Origin: the human T2T-CHM13v2.0 reference genome, Homo sapiens
Reading direction: 5' to 3' (one strand)
NCBI RefSeq assembly: GCF_009914755.1
Contig: NC_060937.1
DNA length: 64,000 nucleotides
The notes beneath the pieces are model-generated. The model did not search any database. It worked only from the letters and a program-made list of their open reading frames with translations, and was not told the origin of the DNA. The translations under genes and the position numbers were made by a program. Below are positions 63,471-64,000 of the stretch, piece by piece. The first letter of the stretch is position 1. Each line of letters begins with the position of its first letter.

Positions 63471-64000
63471 CAACCAGAAAGAAAGCCAAAGCCTCACCGC
63501 ACTGCCTCTAGGCACAGGGCAATTTACCCAGGAAAGTTAGGCCAGGAAGTAAACTTTTGTAACCAAAATAGCATTTTTAATTTACAAGACCTTACATCTA
63601 CTTACTAAGGAATGTTAAGGGAAAAAAATCACATTAATTCCTCTCGAGTACAGCTAGATGGCCATAAATGTTGTCCTGCTTAAAACACAGGACTTCAGAC
63701 TGCCTGCATGTAGTCAGAATTCCTGCCATCCATCAAACAGCCAGGCCAGGTCTGCCTCTCTCCATGTAGGGACACTGTCCAGGGGCTAAAAGGTTGAAAA
63801 TGGCTTTTTTCCACTAGGAAGGCTGTGGGGACATAAGCTGACAACTACCCTACATGGAACAGGCAACCCCGTCATGCAAGCAGGCCTCTCTCCCAAAGGC
63901 ACCTCCATCCCTGCTGTCATGTGGCACAGATGAGCACACCTACTACGTCACAATGCAGTGTAGCCACGCCAGACTGGACCAAGGACACACTCTTAGCCTT

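Overview
Primate (almost certainly human) genomic DNA, very Alu-rich (about 60 Alu copies or fragments) with older L1, LTR and DNA-transposon relics. The main feature is the 3' two-thirds of the Hippo-pathway kinase gene LATS2 on the minus strand. It has six coding exons (34408-34540, 31010-32439, 26351-26933, 24592-24774, 22817-22923, 17996-18490), all with GT-AG junctions and consistent phases, plus a ~1.8 kb 3'UTR ending near 16164. The ATG exon lies beyond the right edge, so 34541-64000 is one large intron. Downstream of the gene is a full-length, frameshifted processed pseudogene of RPSA (4345-5389, +). There are also retrocopies of U13 snoRNA and a 3'-truncated U6 snRNA. This haplotype encodes (Pro-Ala)8, V324 and S363 in LATS2. 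I found no convincing new multi-gene system. The most unusual unexplained structures are: an intronic CpG-island minisatellite carrying nuclear-receptor half-sites, a 34-bp minisatellite with a hairpin in each unit, an inverted L1 segment inserted within an L1, inverted Alus bracketing the main kinase exon, and a solo LTR with intact-looking promoter motifs antisense to LATS2. Repeat subfamily names are from memory of consensus sequences and their boundaries are approximate.
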